DNA from: Octopus bimaculoides
Lineage: Eukaryota
Assembly (NCBI RefSeq): GCF_001194135.2
Contig: NC_068984.1
Location: 67,602,577 to 67,659,236 of the forward strand
Reading direction: 5' to 3'
Length of the DNA: 56,660 nucleotides
Part shown: piece after piece, positions 23,616 through 37,588 of the stretch
Layout: each line of letters opens with the position of its first letter
Numbering within the stretch: the stretch's first letter is position 1
The notes under the pieces: generated by a model
Databases searched by the model: none
The model's input: only the letters and a program-made list of their open reading frames with translations
What the model was told of the DNA's origin: nothing
Translations under genes and position numbers: made by a program

Positions 23616-25957
23616 AAATATATATTAACATGAATGTGATGCTGAGAGACTGAGCGCCTTTAATAAGAAGTCTGCTGACGTGTTTCAATAGCCACGACAA
23701 CGAACAGTACTGAAGAAAAACGCTGAGTAAGAACAGGCAAAGAGTATCAAGATGTAACTCTATGACAAAGACATTTGTAAAGTAAAGTACTACGTATTAC
23801 ACTCTCAATGTCTAAAATTTCTAACTTTTATATCTGTGAGAATAACGATCTATCAATCTTCTAAAATATTATCTCAATCCATATCCTCTTTGGTGAAAAT
23901 TCGTCATTCTCATTATCTCTACACTTACTGTCTTCCTTCAGGATGGTATTAACCTAATAGAAGTAAATTAACTTTATTGGAAATGAAATCTAGCCCAATA
24001 ACTTCTGGGTTGCTAATTTTTTTTATGTTTTTGATTATAGAAGACTTAATATTTAACATGTCTTACTAATAGCCATAAAGTTCTACATGCATAAGTGAAA
24101 AGAAAGACGCGTAAAAGTTATTTGGCCTCAAAGTAACTATACGTTCATTTTAAGACAGCGAAAACCAATGTACCTTTTCGGTGGTGATATTCTCGTTTAC
24201 CATATGGTGTTAAGTTAGTGGTCAGTCAGATTATAGTCCGGAAAAGTATAATAATACAGAATGTTATAAGAAAGTCGAAGATTTTGTACGAAATCATTTC
24301 AGCCGTCATGAGATTCGGGAAAATGATATAAAAATATGCTTTTTAATTAGTTACATTTTTCAATTTCCTAAGGAAAAACAAAGATTTGTTTCATGGAACA
24401 CGATTACAATAGTTCAAGATATAGGTTATGCAGAAAATGAATAGACTAAGGTTTGTAAGATAGGTTGTCTTAAATTAGTAAGTGTGACACACATGTTTAT
24501 GTAGGTACAGTTGGAAAAAGGCATGTTACGCACCAAAACATGCTCTTACATATAGCCTTGAAAAAATTGATCAGCTTGAATTTGATCTGATTACCATTAA
24601 TTAATGTATCTTTCTTATAACAGTGTTCCATTGTATTGTAAGACTACTATTGCACTGGCAGATCCTAGCTTCCCCCGATGAATTTTAACACTGGCAGCAC
24701 GTAGCGATAAGACAATGGCATTCATAAGGTCAAGTATTTATTGATTCTTTGAAAAACTATATCATAGGATTGTTCATCACTCTTAAGATAACTGTTCAAA
24801 TGGGTTTCGGTTGAAAGTTAGGACTATTAATTAGAATTACCTAATCAGACTTGACCCTCCGCCCGAAAGTGAAATACGTCAATACATTTACAACGTTTAT
24901 GATGAAGAAGGAAAATTACCGGTTGTTTACATACTCAACAGCTCAAGGAATGGGAGAACCATGTCTCTTTTCGTCGTGAACATCTTTATTAGTTTATAGG
25001 GACGGTTCAAGCATTTTCAATGTTTAAAATATTATTCAACCTCTTCCATGCCAGATACTGAGAAACATTAAGAAGGCTAAAATGACAAAAATCACTTCAA
25101 CGAAGACCACTTAATTGAAGAAAACCTGCTGCATCTTTATCAAGTTTAATGAAATTTTAAACGCCGCAAAGTCATTAGGAAATAAATGCTGGAGAGGCTG
25201 AATAGACAGGTCGATTGAAAGCATTCATAAGCCAATAACCGTTTTGTGTTTCTTATGCAGAGTACTTCAATGTAGTTGCCGATTTCCATCTAGTGAGCTT
25301 TACACATTTCCACAGTAATCACCTAATGTGTTATTGGTGATTTCAGTGAGTAGCTAATTAATTTAGAATAAGTTTAATCATGTGGTTTGAAAAATTTGCT
25401 AAATAAAATCAGGTAGTACAAGAACGAAGTCATGGATTGGTTTTGAAGTGGACGTACGGTCACGAGTACAGAGGAACTTTAAGTAAAATCAGAACTTGGT
25501 AGACAAATCAATGCAGGTTGAATTTGCTCTCCCAATACAAAGGAACTCAACTAAATGCCGCAATGTATGCTGTATGTTACACTACAGATCCTACCCATTC
25601 ACCACCTACTTACGATGGAATACTGAAGTAGATTCAGAGATGAATTATTTTCATGAATGAAGATAATTTTCAGACTGTTTCGTTACTATCCTTAGTCGAT
25701 GTATTTGCACTGTTTTAGAAAAAAATATCGGGAAAATAATAGTTATATTTCTAACTTTGCAACGTTGCTATTTAAACTTTAATATTTGAACAAAATCTTC
25801 CGAGACAGTATTCTTCTGTGTTGGTAGCAAATCTCATTTGAAGGAATTCAAAATTTCAAAGAAAGCTGCGTAAACGGTGCAATATCCGTTTCAGAGTTGT
25901 TTCATATATATTAAGAAAAATTGCAATATTCAGTAAACGGACATATTATCTATAACA

Positions 25958-25990
25958 CCCACACACAAATACACACACGCATGTATATGA

Positions 25991-26032
<42 letters not shown>

Positions 26033-26040
26033 GTATATAC

Positions 26041-26072
<32 letters not shown>
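25958..26072. repeat. (CA)n/(TA)n/(TG)n
   Basis: Seen directly. Confidence 0.95.
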
Positions 26073-26139
26073 TAAATAAAATGAGACAACAAAGCCAAGG
26101 TTGTGTGGAATTTTCAGGACGTTTATGAAGAGAAAGTTA

Positions 26140-26187
26140 GTCTTACAGCTGTATCTGGGATATTAGGGATATCCCTTCATCAGAGAC
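26140..26187 (-). ncRNA. Minimal type I hammerhead ribozyme motif
   Basis: Reverse complement GTCT-CTGATGA-A-GGGATAT-CCCTA-ATATCCC-A-GATA-CAGCTG-TA-AGAC: 4-bp stem I, 7-bp stem II, palindromic stem III CAGCTG and GUA triplet. GAAA reads GATA and there is an extra A on each side of stem II. Confidence 0.75.
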
Positions 26188-26764
26188 GATGTGAGATGGT
26201 TAAATTGAAGAAAATACTAGAATTCAGTATGAGGGGTTATTTTGGAAAAGGAAACAAATAAGGAGTATATAGGGAAATAGGAGAATGAATGTAGAAATAA
26301 AAAAAAATAAAAGTGTATAAAGATGTTATATTTGCAGTTCCATTATCCAAGGAAAGTGGTGTGTAGAAGTGGTAGAAATGCTTCTCCTCCAATAGGAGTT
26401 CATATTTTGTCATCACAAATGGAAAGTGTGAAGACGTAGTTCTCTGTGCTGTTCATTTAAAGCGGTCTTGTGGCATGAATGAAAATTTGACAATGTAGTA
26501 ACAGTATTTATTAAGTGGATAGAGAGGGGAGAAGAGATGTGTATGTTAAAATGAAGAGAGAAGAAGGAAAGAAAGAGGATGAGAAAATGAAAACAAAAGA
26601 AAATGAAAAAGTGTAAGTGAAAAAGGAGTGGTCAAGATATTATGAGGGGATGGGAGAGGAGTAAGGGAGTATATTCATTACTTACTTAGAATGTAAGTAA
26701 TGAATATGAGTGAGGTGGGGTGATATGTTAGAATGGCAACATGTACGCAGGCCAATATAATAAT

Positions 26765-26821
26765 GCACACACACACATACATATATATACACATGTGTGC
26801 GTGCGTATATCAATATACACT

Positions 26822-26856
<35 letters not shown>

Positions 26857-26862
26857 CTCTGA
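26765..26862. repeat. (CA)/(TA) and (CTTT)n tracts
   Basis: Seen directly. Confidence 0.9.
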
Positions 26863-27483
26863 TTTCTCTACCCAGACGATCACATTAGCCGGTAGTATAA
26901 ACAAATAAGTTTATTTATAGAAACTTGACCATTCTTAGTATTCTTCCCTTCCGTTTTGTGGTTTAGAGAACACCACCTCCTATACCTTTCTCTGTACCCA
27001 TCCCTTATTGCCATTTGTAGAAAGAACAGAGTTTAGGATTAAAACAAACCCTGAGGAGGACTAAATTTGAGTGAAAATGAGGGCAGCAAGGGCACAGTAA
27101 ACACATATCGCGATTGTGTATCGGATAGGGAGTTGCAGATACAAGTAATCAGAAATGTATGTCGCATGTAGACGAGAATTACTCAGATGAGATTTGCATG
27201 TCAGTACGGAGGAAGCCTTTGCTGAGATGAAGAACAAAATCATGGCTTCTCCAAAGCAAGATCCCATTGGTGATAAAAGAGAAAGATCGCCAGTGGATCT
27301 CATGTTATTGGAGATGCAGTGGTGGGCAATGTGGAGAGGGAGACGGAGAGAGAAAGAGAGAGAAAGATGGACAGCGGACAGAGTCAGTGCGTAGGAAGAC
27401 TTCGTTGTTAATAACTGATTTAATTAACATAGAGGAGTTGTAGATAAGAGTAATTTATCTATTCATCTATCAGTCGATCTAAC

Positions 27484-27523
27484 TATACACACACACATAC
27501 ACGCAGACACACATACACACACA

Positions 27524-27602
<79 letters not shown>
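27484..27602. repeat. (CA)n-(TA)n
   Basis: Seen directly. Confidence 0.97.
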
Positions 27603-27603
<1 letters not shown>

Positions 27604-29004
27604 AACATGGCTTTTGTTTCCTCCTATCTTCCATTTTAAATGGTTGTGAGAAAAACTCAATTCAGTAGATGCCGTTAATAATTGAATAACGTCTTCTACA
27701 AGAACTTCTGTCTTTCTTTCCAATAATAAATATTCCGAGATTAATAGAATAAGAAATCTACTTGGTTGTACATGTTCATGTGTATACATATGTGTGTGTA
27801 TGTGCGTGCCTGTGTATGTGCGTTTTGAGCGTGCATTTGTGTGTATGTGTATGTAATGAGGTCATTGTTGGACGTTAATTGAAGGAATGGTCTGTCGGTT
27901 GATCTGAAAGCATGGAAAAGAAGCAAAAGAGAAGAAGGAACGACTGTGAAATATAATAATGTGACATGATTATTTGCAGTGATCTTGTATATTCTGGATC
28001 AATGAATGAGAGATACTTTCATGCACATAAGTAAAAGTTGAATAGAGAATTAAATTGCTCTCACGTGAAAAGGATCTCGGACTGTTCGAAGTTACTTTTG
28101 AATAAGATATTTAAAGAGATGTTAAAATTATCTCTAATAATTCTTCCCCACGTCAGAAAGATTGTAGACGAGTATTCTTATATTGGTAGTGTTTCAAAGT
28201 GTAATTATGTAAACAGAAGAAAGATTGACTATTTAAATGAAGTTCATTATTATATTATATTTGTTGGAGAAATTCGTTCAACAAAACGTAGACTTTAAAT
28301 AGATTTTAGCGCTAACTTTTTACTATGTAGCTCTAAACTTTATAGTTACGAGTATCACATGTAAAATTGAAGGTAAGGCAGTTAGAAATAATTCAATTCC
28401 TTATTCTTTTTAGTGTATTTCTCCTTCACTCTTAAATGATATTTCACACAAATATATATGACTCAAAATTATGTACACACTAAGTAAAATTTCTCATGAC
28501 ACGAAACACACTGGATGACACTTGTCAATAATTATAAATTAAAGCATAATTTGCTGTGTGTGATTGAGGTATATATTATTGTTATTATGATTATCTTCAT
28601 TGTTATTATTATGTGTGTGTTTGCGAATATATCTTTATATCCTAGCAGTTCTTTGAGGAACAACGCAGACGCTCATCTATACGTATATTGAAATTAAGAC
28701 CAATATGAAAATGGAAATATTTTCACGTCTACTCAATTAAAATATCTAGCTGCATTTCAATTCGTATACGATTTATATCGATAGCGGACATTGCGAATTG
28801 ATTTTAACATACAAAGATATCGTACTGCGAGCGATGATATGTTCAATCTTCGATATGATGAATTTATTGAACTTTGATACCGGATATTATTTTCAGTAAT
28901 ATAAAATAGTCCTAGAACTTCTAAAATTATTAAAGATAAAGATAACTAAATGAATTTTTCGACTCTGAAAATGTCATGTAACTAAAGGTCAACTTTGATT
29001 AGGC

Positions 29005-29162
29005 AGTATATATATGTGTATGTGTATGTGTGTTCGCGCTCGCGCGCGTGTATATATATTTATATATATATATATATNNNNNNNNNNNNNNNNNNNNNNN
29101 NNNNNNNNNNNNNNNNNNNNNNNNNNNNNNNNNNNNNNNNNNNNNNNNNNNNNNNNNNNNNN

Positions 29163-29221
<59 letters not shown>

Positions 29222-29290
29222 TGTATGTATATCATATATAGAAACTTGTGTATATATACAGCTTTGTATGTATGAATGTGTATACACTAA
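29005..29290. repeat. (TG)/(CG)/(TA)n, assembly gap, then (TA)n/(TATG)n
   Basis: Seen directly. Confidence 0.95.
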
Positions 29291-29379
29291 TTGCATTTTA
29301 TATGATACAAAAACGTGTTGCATGCACGTTAAGAGATAATTTTAGATAACTATCTGAAAATTACAAGATTAAAATATTA

Positions 29380-29427
29380 AAATTATTATTGTTATTATCA
29401 TCATCATCATCATCATCATCACCATCA

Positions 29428-29490
<63 letters not shown>
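29380..29490. repeat. (ATC)n-(ATT)n
   Basis: Seen directly. Confidence 0.97.
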
Positions 29491-29492
<2 letters not shown>

Positions 29493-29856
29493 GATGCATA
29501 TATAGATATGTGTGTATGCAGATAGAGGGGGATGAGAGGGAGAGAAAGAGAAATGCTTTTGTGAAGACAAGTTACGTCAAGAACATTCGTGTATTGCGTA
29601 TTTACTGTAGCTGAAATAATAAAAGCGAAATATATGGATTTTGACATTCAATTATAGATCAGATTAAGCCACTATAGCATTGTAAAAACTTGTAACATTC
29701 AGCCAGATTTAATTGTTTTATAGAACTCATTTCAGCTATAGATATAAGCTTAATAATCACGCAAAAATGCATATACATGTCTTATCTAGAGAAAATAAAA
29801 TAAAAAGTATGAACTATGAAAAGTGTGGGGGAAAGGAAACCAGAAGCATTTCTTTG

Positions 29857-29897
29857 TACACACACACACACACACGCGTGCGCACAAACACACACAT

Positions 29898-29980
<83 letters not shown>
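29857..29980. repeat. (CA)n-(TA)n
   Basis: Seen directly. Confidence 0.97.
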
Positions 29981-29983
<3 letters not shown>

Positions 29984-30934
29984 GCCCAAAATAGCAGCCT
30001 TCTTGTAACGAGTTCTTTCTTGTGGGTAAATTCTAAAATAAACAGAAGACTTTCATATACAAAATGAGAATGACGCCGTAAATAAGAGTTATGCAGAATC
30101 AGAAATGAGAAATATTACCTTTCATAACTTTACAGATTTTCGTATTATTCTATATAACTGAAAATACTTTATTCAAATAACATACTTTCAGAAATTAAAA
30201 TACTATAAATTCAACATATCATAAAAATGAACAAAATTCCACCCGCAGTACAACTTCTTTGTATGTTAAAAGTAATTCTCAATGTCCGCTGTTGATATAA
30301 ATTACATATGGGCTTAAAACTAGCTAGCTATTTTAATGCAAAATAACGAGTGACTGAAGTATTATGAGAAAGAAATATCCATTACAACATCACAATCTCT
30401 ACTTGCATAAATTTAGTGGTGCCCTCACTATTGTAAAATCATTACGATCATCTCAATCCACCTTCAAATTGTAAGCTAGCCTTTCTCTTCCGATTTGACT
30501 ATCTGGGAAAAATTTCAACAGTTTTTGAAAGAAAATTCTCAGTGTCTCCCTGTTCCGTTTGTTTTTCAAGATTTACTCTATGCATTGTCAGGGACTGTAT
30601 TCCCTTATAGTAATTATTTTTGTAACTTGATACAAATATAATTTGTAAAATAATTCATCTTTAGCAAACCGTGTGAAATATCAGAACTTCAAAATGTACA
30701 TTGATTAAATTTATGTTGGACGTTTAAAAACATTGCGATACACATATTGAATATTCATGATAGTCCTGGTGTTTAATGTAACTGGTATATTTTTCAGTGT
30801 AATTTACAGGACTTGAGAAAATATTAACACATCATTTTCTATACATCTCAAGTTTGAAGTATATTTCACATCTAGATTGTGTTCTGAAACCGGAAATAAA
30901 TTGATGAATTACGAAATTTCAGCGGACTCAAGTG

Positions 30935-31000
30935 TCACATACACACACACACGCACGCACAAAGGCATACAGACACACACACAAACTCATATGTACATGT

Positions 31001-31045
<45 letters not shown>

Positions 31046-31064
31046 CATATATGTATATATATAT

Positions 31065-31105
<41 letters not shown>

Positions 31106-31439
31106 TATATATATACATATATATATACATATATATACATATATATATACATATATATATANNNNNNNNNNNNNNNNNNNNNNNNNNNNNNNNNNNNNNN
31201 NNNNNNNNNNNNNNNNNNNNNNNNNNNNNNNNNNNNNNNNNNNNNNNNNNNNNNNNNNNNNNNNNNNNNNNNNNNNNNNNNNNNNNNNNNNNNNNNNNNN
31301 NNNNNNNNNNNNNNNNNNNNNNNNNNNNNNNNNNNNNNNNNNNNNNNNNNNNNNNNNNNNNNNNNNNNNNNNNNNNNNNNNNNNNNNNNNNNNNNNNNNN
31401 NNNNNNNNNNNNTATACATATACATGTATATATACATAC

Positions 31440-31488
<49 letters not shown>

Positions 31489-31705
31489 CGTGCGTGTGTG
31501 CGTGTGTGTGTGTGTGCGTGTGTGTGTGCGCGTGTGTGTGCGTGCATGAGTGTATGTGTATGTGTATTTGTGTGTTTGTGTGTGTGCGTGCGTGTGTGTG
31601 TGCGTGTGTGTGCGTGCGCATGCGTGCCTGTCTATATATGTGTTTATGTGCACACATATCAACTTGTACATATCTATGTACAAACACACACATATATACA
31701 CATAT
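30935..31705. repeat. Large (CA)/(TA)/(TG) array containing an assembly gap
   Basis: Seen directly. Confidence 0.95.
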
Positions 31706-34700
31706 CTAATATTTTATGGAAATCACATTTTTTCGAGTGTGTTCAATATGTTTTGGACAGTAAAGATTCCTATATACATCATATACTTTTCTAGAACTTC
31801 ATTTTCAGTATAAGGCAGTGTTATGTGTTCTATAGTAGGTCTGCATAATGTGATTCGTGCAGAAATTACTGCCAGTGTCTGAACTCTATCGTTTCATTTA
31901 CCTCATCTGTCAGGCGTTTACATTCTACCATTGCTAGTGGATGTAGAATCTGCTTACTTTAGCATTGTGTCGTGTTTTGAGGAACACTTCTATTACTTCT
32001 AAATCGCGTATTGTTAGGGGAAGTTAATAATTTTTCCCCAAGTCTTTACTGGACTTATATCATACTGAGTGAGGAACACTATAACATTTGATCATGATTT
32101 ATAGGTATATAATTGATTATATATAGTTTCATTGTAGTTAATGCGTTAAATATCAAACGCCACTTCTAATATCAATCACTTGATTTTCTTGCAAGGTGAA
32201 CTAAAAGCAAAAAGAATATGAAACATTAAGAACTAAAATAGTAGGTTGTGATGCAGCACAATAACTAGGTAAATACAATGTCTGGGTTATAAATTAACCT
32301 TTTCTTTCATAAAGTTAAATACATTTCCTCTTCAGCAGACTTCCTGCTTTATATTTATATTAGAAACGTTTGATGTCTTAGTGGTTTTACTGAAGTAATT
32401 AACTCCTTATAATTTATATAGAATTTCATTTTACTATTTTCAGTTAATGTATCAGACAATTTGCTTTACTGCGTTAAGGACTTTTCAGCATCATATATTT
32501 CCAGGACATAAAACTATAATGTTTAATATGCTCAAAACTGATAGGGATATGATTGAATTAAATGATGTCCTAATGCATTTCACGGTGTTTTAGGGTAAGT
32601 TAAAACGTAAGGTTTACGATTTAATAAAGATACAATTGTAATCTTGCTATGATGTATAGACAGACAAGTTATCCCACAAGTTTTATCTTACTTTGAATAG
32701 GAAAACTGGGTAAGCCAGGCGAATATCTTATCTTTTAAGAGCTTCTTCAAAGAAAAATGGACTGAATAGGTAAAGCAATTTCTAACTTGAACAAGTTCTA
32801 AATACGAGCAATCTACTAATTTCTCTATGGACAGATTATCAGTATACTTTCTCTGAACGTGAACTAAGATGTTTAGAAACAATATTGGAGAACACTGTTA
32901 CCTTCGCAGAGAAAGATAAACCTTTGGTCCTAATATGTTGCTACTTTTCACAGTGTGATTAAAATTGCATCCTTATTTAAAGGTATACCTGGTGTTACAT
33001 ATTACATAGAATTATACTGAGCACAACGAGACATTTATTTGCAATACTAATCTTTGGAAACTCCTTTACCTTTTGTTTAACGTAATCATTTAAGAACAAT
33101 AGGAACTGAACCGCTCTGTGATTATTGAATGCAAGACAAACACAGGTAAAAAGCATGTTGGAGTAAATGTAAAACATTTGTTTCATTTGTGCTTCACTTT
33201 TCATTTGCTTTTTTATCTCCTCCAAAAGCTTTTCCTAAAATTTTCATGTTACATTTACTTTCAAGAAACAGGAACATATCTATATACAATGAAGTTTTTC
33301 TAATGCATAGTTTTGAGTTTCTCGACAACAAAAGCTAGCATGTACGAAACTGTTTCAAGTGCCATACTAAAAAACCTTAAAAAAGAGATAGAGGGAAACG
33401 GGAAACGTATAACAAAAGCTGTTTTCCGAAGATGTTTTACAAAGGCACTCCAAATGCTTGTTTTTCATCAAAACTTCTTTTAGAACGTTTACATGTTCTT
33501 TGCCTGAGCAATTAGGTATTTACGAACGTAAGAGTTTAGAGGAAAGTAAATGATATAGGGAAAGTATGTTTCACTTTATTGTATTGTGAATACAGCAACA
33601 TTTGAAAATGCCTCTTCATGTTTTTAACTATATTTTTATACTACCTAGTCAATAGCGCACATGTTTTTTGGCATGTTAGGAAAATTTATGTTATATTAAA
33701 TTGTGATGTCATGGAATTTGCAATCAGTTGAATGACAAAATGTACAGGAAGAAAAATTGGTATACTTCCTAATAAATATTGGTTCTATTTAAATAGGCAG
33801 GCGATTGATTTAGTTCTTCAATATTACTGATACATATCAATACACGATAGAACAATCTAGGGTAGTATTTGTATAAAACATTTGATATAGAAAGAAGACT
33901 AGAGCAACTAATGTAAAATATTAAATTTGATAGCCTTTTTTTACTATATTATTACTGATTATTTATTTATTTATGCACAATACAATTGCTTCGGGAAAAG
34001 AGCACTACCCATTAAGTATTAAATATTATATTGATTCGGGAATGAGGAACAGGAACATTGAATCTGTTGTGAATTGAATTTAGTACTATAAAGCTTCGTG
34101 TCTTAATTTCTATTGCACAATCATCTATATTATACATGTGCTCATTTTGACAATTTCTATTGAATAAACACTACGTGAAATCGTCAAAAACAAACATATA
34201 TGTTTCTCCAGAATCGATTGTGAATAGTTAGTAACCCGGTACTTACATATTATATATTTAAATGTTTTCCTTAATTATATAATTATATAATTAATTCTAT
34301 TCAGCATTCACTTTTTCTCTATAAATATCAATTGATTTCAATACATCCATAGGAAACATACTGGACATGTACATACATATCTTATTTACTGGTTTTACAT
34401 AATATTTATGATCAGGAGAGTGAATGGTGAAATATGTCAGGCATGTGGGGTTTATAAGAAACAAATGTTCGCCTCTTCGTATTCCTCGTTAGTGTCACGA
34501 AATTTCAATGTTGAAGACAACGTTTCGTTCAAACGATTTGTAAATACAATCCATGCGTAGTTGCAGTCAAAATCGTTAATTGATAAATACTGTGTTATAT
34601 TTTAGTGTTGCAGTTAATCTTAATCCCGGTTTTGACTAGGAAACCTGATAAAATATCCTTTTTTTCATTCGAAGTGATCATAAAATCGATCGCAATTTCG

Positions 34701-35349
34701 AAATAATCGCTAAATCCGGCAAAATACTTGGTGTTAAACAGAAAATTTCACAAACTTTTAATAACGAAGATTTCTTGATCTTCAGTAATAACTGAAGATT
34801 TTAAACTTCAAAGATCTAACAGTAAAATGGTATATTATTATGACTTAATATGCTTCATTCTCATTGTGTTTATTCTATTTAACTTGTTAAAATTGGTTTC
34901 AAATTTTAGCAGAAGTCCATTTTAACTTGTCAATATTAGCATATGGATGGCATAGATGATTGGAGAATGGGAAATTAGACAAGGGGTAGGGAAGAATTGA
35001 GTTCAATTCGTATCTGATTCGACTTTTCTCTTCTTATTTTTCCGGAATCAAAATAAGATTTAAGAACTATGTTTTAAGAACTATGTTTGAATTATCTTTT
35101 ACATTTTTCAGTTTCACATATAATTTGAAATACATATGCATGACGAAGCTATATTTCATATAATGAGGAAACCCACAGTGAAATTGATTCTCTTCAAGAG
35201 TAATTAATATGACATTATTTCCATCCTTTATCGGTCAAGACGAGATTAGTTTCAATTAGTTATGCATTCATAGACAGAATTGACTATCATTGTGATTAGT
35301 GAAGCAAATGCAATGGATTTCAGAGTCGATAGTGCCATCTTTGAATTTT

Positions 35350-35450
35350 CTTCTCGTATTTAGTTACATTCCATTCAGTTGCGCGTTCAGATTTCGCCGA
35401 TGACAACTTGGTCTTTCATCCTTCCTGTGTCATAAAATCACTTCCAGTTA
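35350..35450 (+). mobile_element. Very degenerate major-SINE fragment
   Basis: GTTCAGATTTCGCCGATGACAACTTGGTCTTTCATCC resembles GAGTTCAAATTCCGCCGAGGTCGACTTTGCCTTTCATCC. Confidence 0.5.
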
Positions 35451-36014
35451 TGTCATTTAAACAATATAATTCAATCTACTCTCCACCAAAATATGAACTA
35501 GCTTTTGCCTTTGTAATAGATTATCACTAGTTCAAGGGATTATTGCATAAATTGTGTACCACAATTGCGCTTTATAAATATAAATCTATAAATCTACTGA
35601 AGGTATATCATTATACAAGAAGTATGACGAGAACAGCTCTTTTATATTAATTTCCAGTCAAATGTTAAATATTTCTATATATACAATTCCATTAATAAGC
35701 ATACACAATGTTTTCAATATTTGTAACACAAACACACATATATGACGAACGAACAAATGATTTCCATTGCAAGTAAACAATTTCAGATATATATTTTTAG
35801 AAAGAATATCGTGATACGGAAAATTATTTAATACACTTGCTGAATTATTTACTACAATTAGTGCAAGCAAAAGTCAACAGGTGAGACTTTAAGAGATAAC
35901 TGAGCTCGTTAAAAATGGCAGCACGAATTGTGACACATCAAAAAAGATATCAAAGTAGCTATCTATCAGTATGACAATTACCCTCAGACATACTTTTTTA
36001 ATCATAATCAGTAA

Positions 36015-36230
36015 GGCGGCGAGCTAGCAGGATCGTTAGCACGCTGGAAAATTTGCTTAGCGACATTTCGTCCGTTTTACGTTCTGAGTTCAAATTCTGC
36101 TGAGATAGAAATGCATTTCATACATCTGGAGTTGACAAAATAAGTACAGCTGATATTTGGGATCGTTGTAATCAACTTATCTCTCCCCTGTAATTGCTAG
36201 ACTTGTGCCAAATCTTGAAATTAATATTTA
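36015..36230 (+). mobile_element. Major tRNA-derived SINE copy
   Basis: GGCGGCGAGCTAGCAGGATCGTTAGCACGC...CGTTCTGAGTTCAAATTCTGCTGAG. Confidence 0.88.
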
Positions 36231-36489
36231 TAATCAACTCAATTGTCTTTTGATCTGTATATATATTTATCCCTTTTCCAATTGAAAACTGTATAGAATG
36301 TGCCACTAAAGAGCTCTAATGATGTCAAAATATAACCGTTCCTTTCGCTTATTCTCTTCAAAATTTTGAGCGACTCCAAACTGCTAGTCATAACGACAAA
36401 CACTCGGACACTCGCGTGCCCAAAAGCACTGAAGCACACTAACATTCACTTACTCACAAGCACATACATACTCATACTTACACAAAAAT

Positions 36490-36866
<377 letters not shown>

Positions 36867-37307
36867 ATATCTCCCCAGCCGAATTCTTGGTCCTTCCACA
36901 CACATGCACAAACATATGCACATATATATTCGGATTATGCAGCAAATGCAACTTTATAGAAATTTTTTTTATTAATGTATCATACTGAACGTATGTATGG
37001 AGTTGAAAATCCAGAGGCTGCCGTTTTTCTTCCGAGAAACATTCCATTATAGACGTATTGTGTAGACACTATATATTTAAAAGCAAAACGACAGGAAATC
37101 ACCCCAGAAGTGGCTGAGAGTGTGGCATATATGTATATCTATGCTGTTGTGGCTTGCCAGTGATAATACTCGCGCTACTTTCTAAATGAAATTCAATCAC
37201 TCTGTCTAAGTACAAAGAAATTGTGTATAAATTGTACACTGATTTGCAAAAGTACTGCAGGTGTTCAACGACACACCTGCACTGGTTATATTGGTAACGT
37301 TCTTATA

Positions 37308-37535
37308 TGCATAAACACATACGTACATACATATATGCATGCATACATACACGCATAAAAACATATGTACGCATATACATACAAACATACATACATTGAC
37401 ACATACATACATACATACATACATACATGCATGCATGCATACATACATACACACATACATACATTGACACATACATACATACATACATACATACATACAT
37501 ACATACATACATGCATACATACTTACATACATAAT
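37308..37535. repeat. (TACA)n array with a higher-order unit about 70 bp long
   Basis: CATTGACACATAC recurs at about 37394 and 37463. Confidence 0.92.
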
Positions 37536-37543
37536 ATACTCAC

Positions 37544-37588
37544 CCAAACTGATGTTGCTGCTCTCGTTAGGTGTTTGAAAGACTCATC
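37544..37588 (-). CDS. Candidate 45-nt exon (phase 0 to phase 0): DESFKHLTRAATSVW; product unknown
   Basis: TTCTACTTTCAATAG acceptor, TGG|GTGAGT donor, single open frame. Too short to identify. Confidence 0.22.

Larger units (their letters stand above)
26080..27392 (-). mobile_element. Probable decayed Penelope-like element remnant interrupted by microsatellites
   Basis: Hammerhead at its 3' end (26140-26187), a strongly strand-asymmetric purine-rich body and a GC-richer block at 26870-27390. No intact RT or GIY-YIG motifs are recoverable by eye. Confidence 0.45.

Noticed and set aside
24150-24330. NVPFGG-like translation suggesting a Helitron PIF1 helicase relic
   Set aside because: It needs a frameshift and lacks the DE and GDxxQ motifs, so a four-residue match is not sufficient.
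24841-25000. 52-codon plus frame LIRLDPPPESEIRQYIYNVYDEEGKLP...
   Set aside because: No convincing splice pair or homology; length not significant.
27051-27085. CTGAGGA...GAAA spacing resembling a hammerhead
   Set aside because: No UH triplet and no proper stem I or stem III.
35791-35886. Plus-strand exon-like segment KEYRDTENYLIHLLNYLLQLVQAKVN with CAG|GTGAGA donor
   Set aside because: Isolated, no homology; it illustrates the chance rate of exon-like segments.
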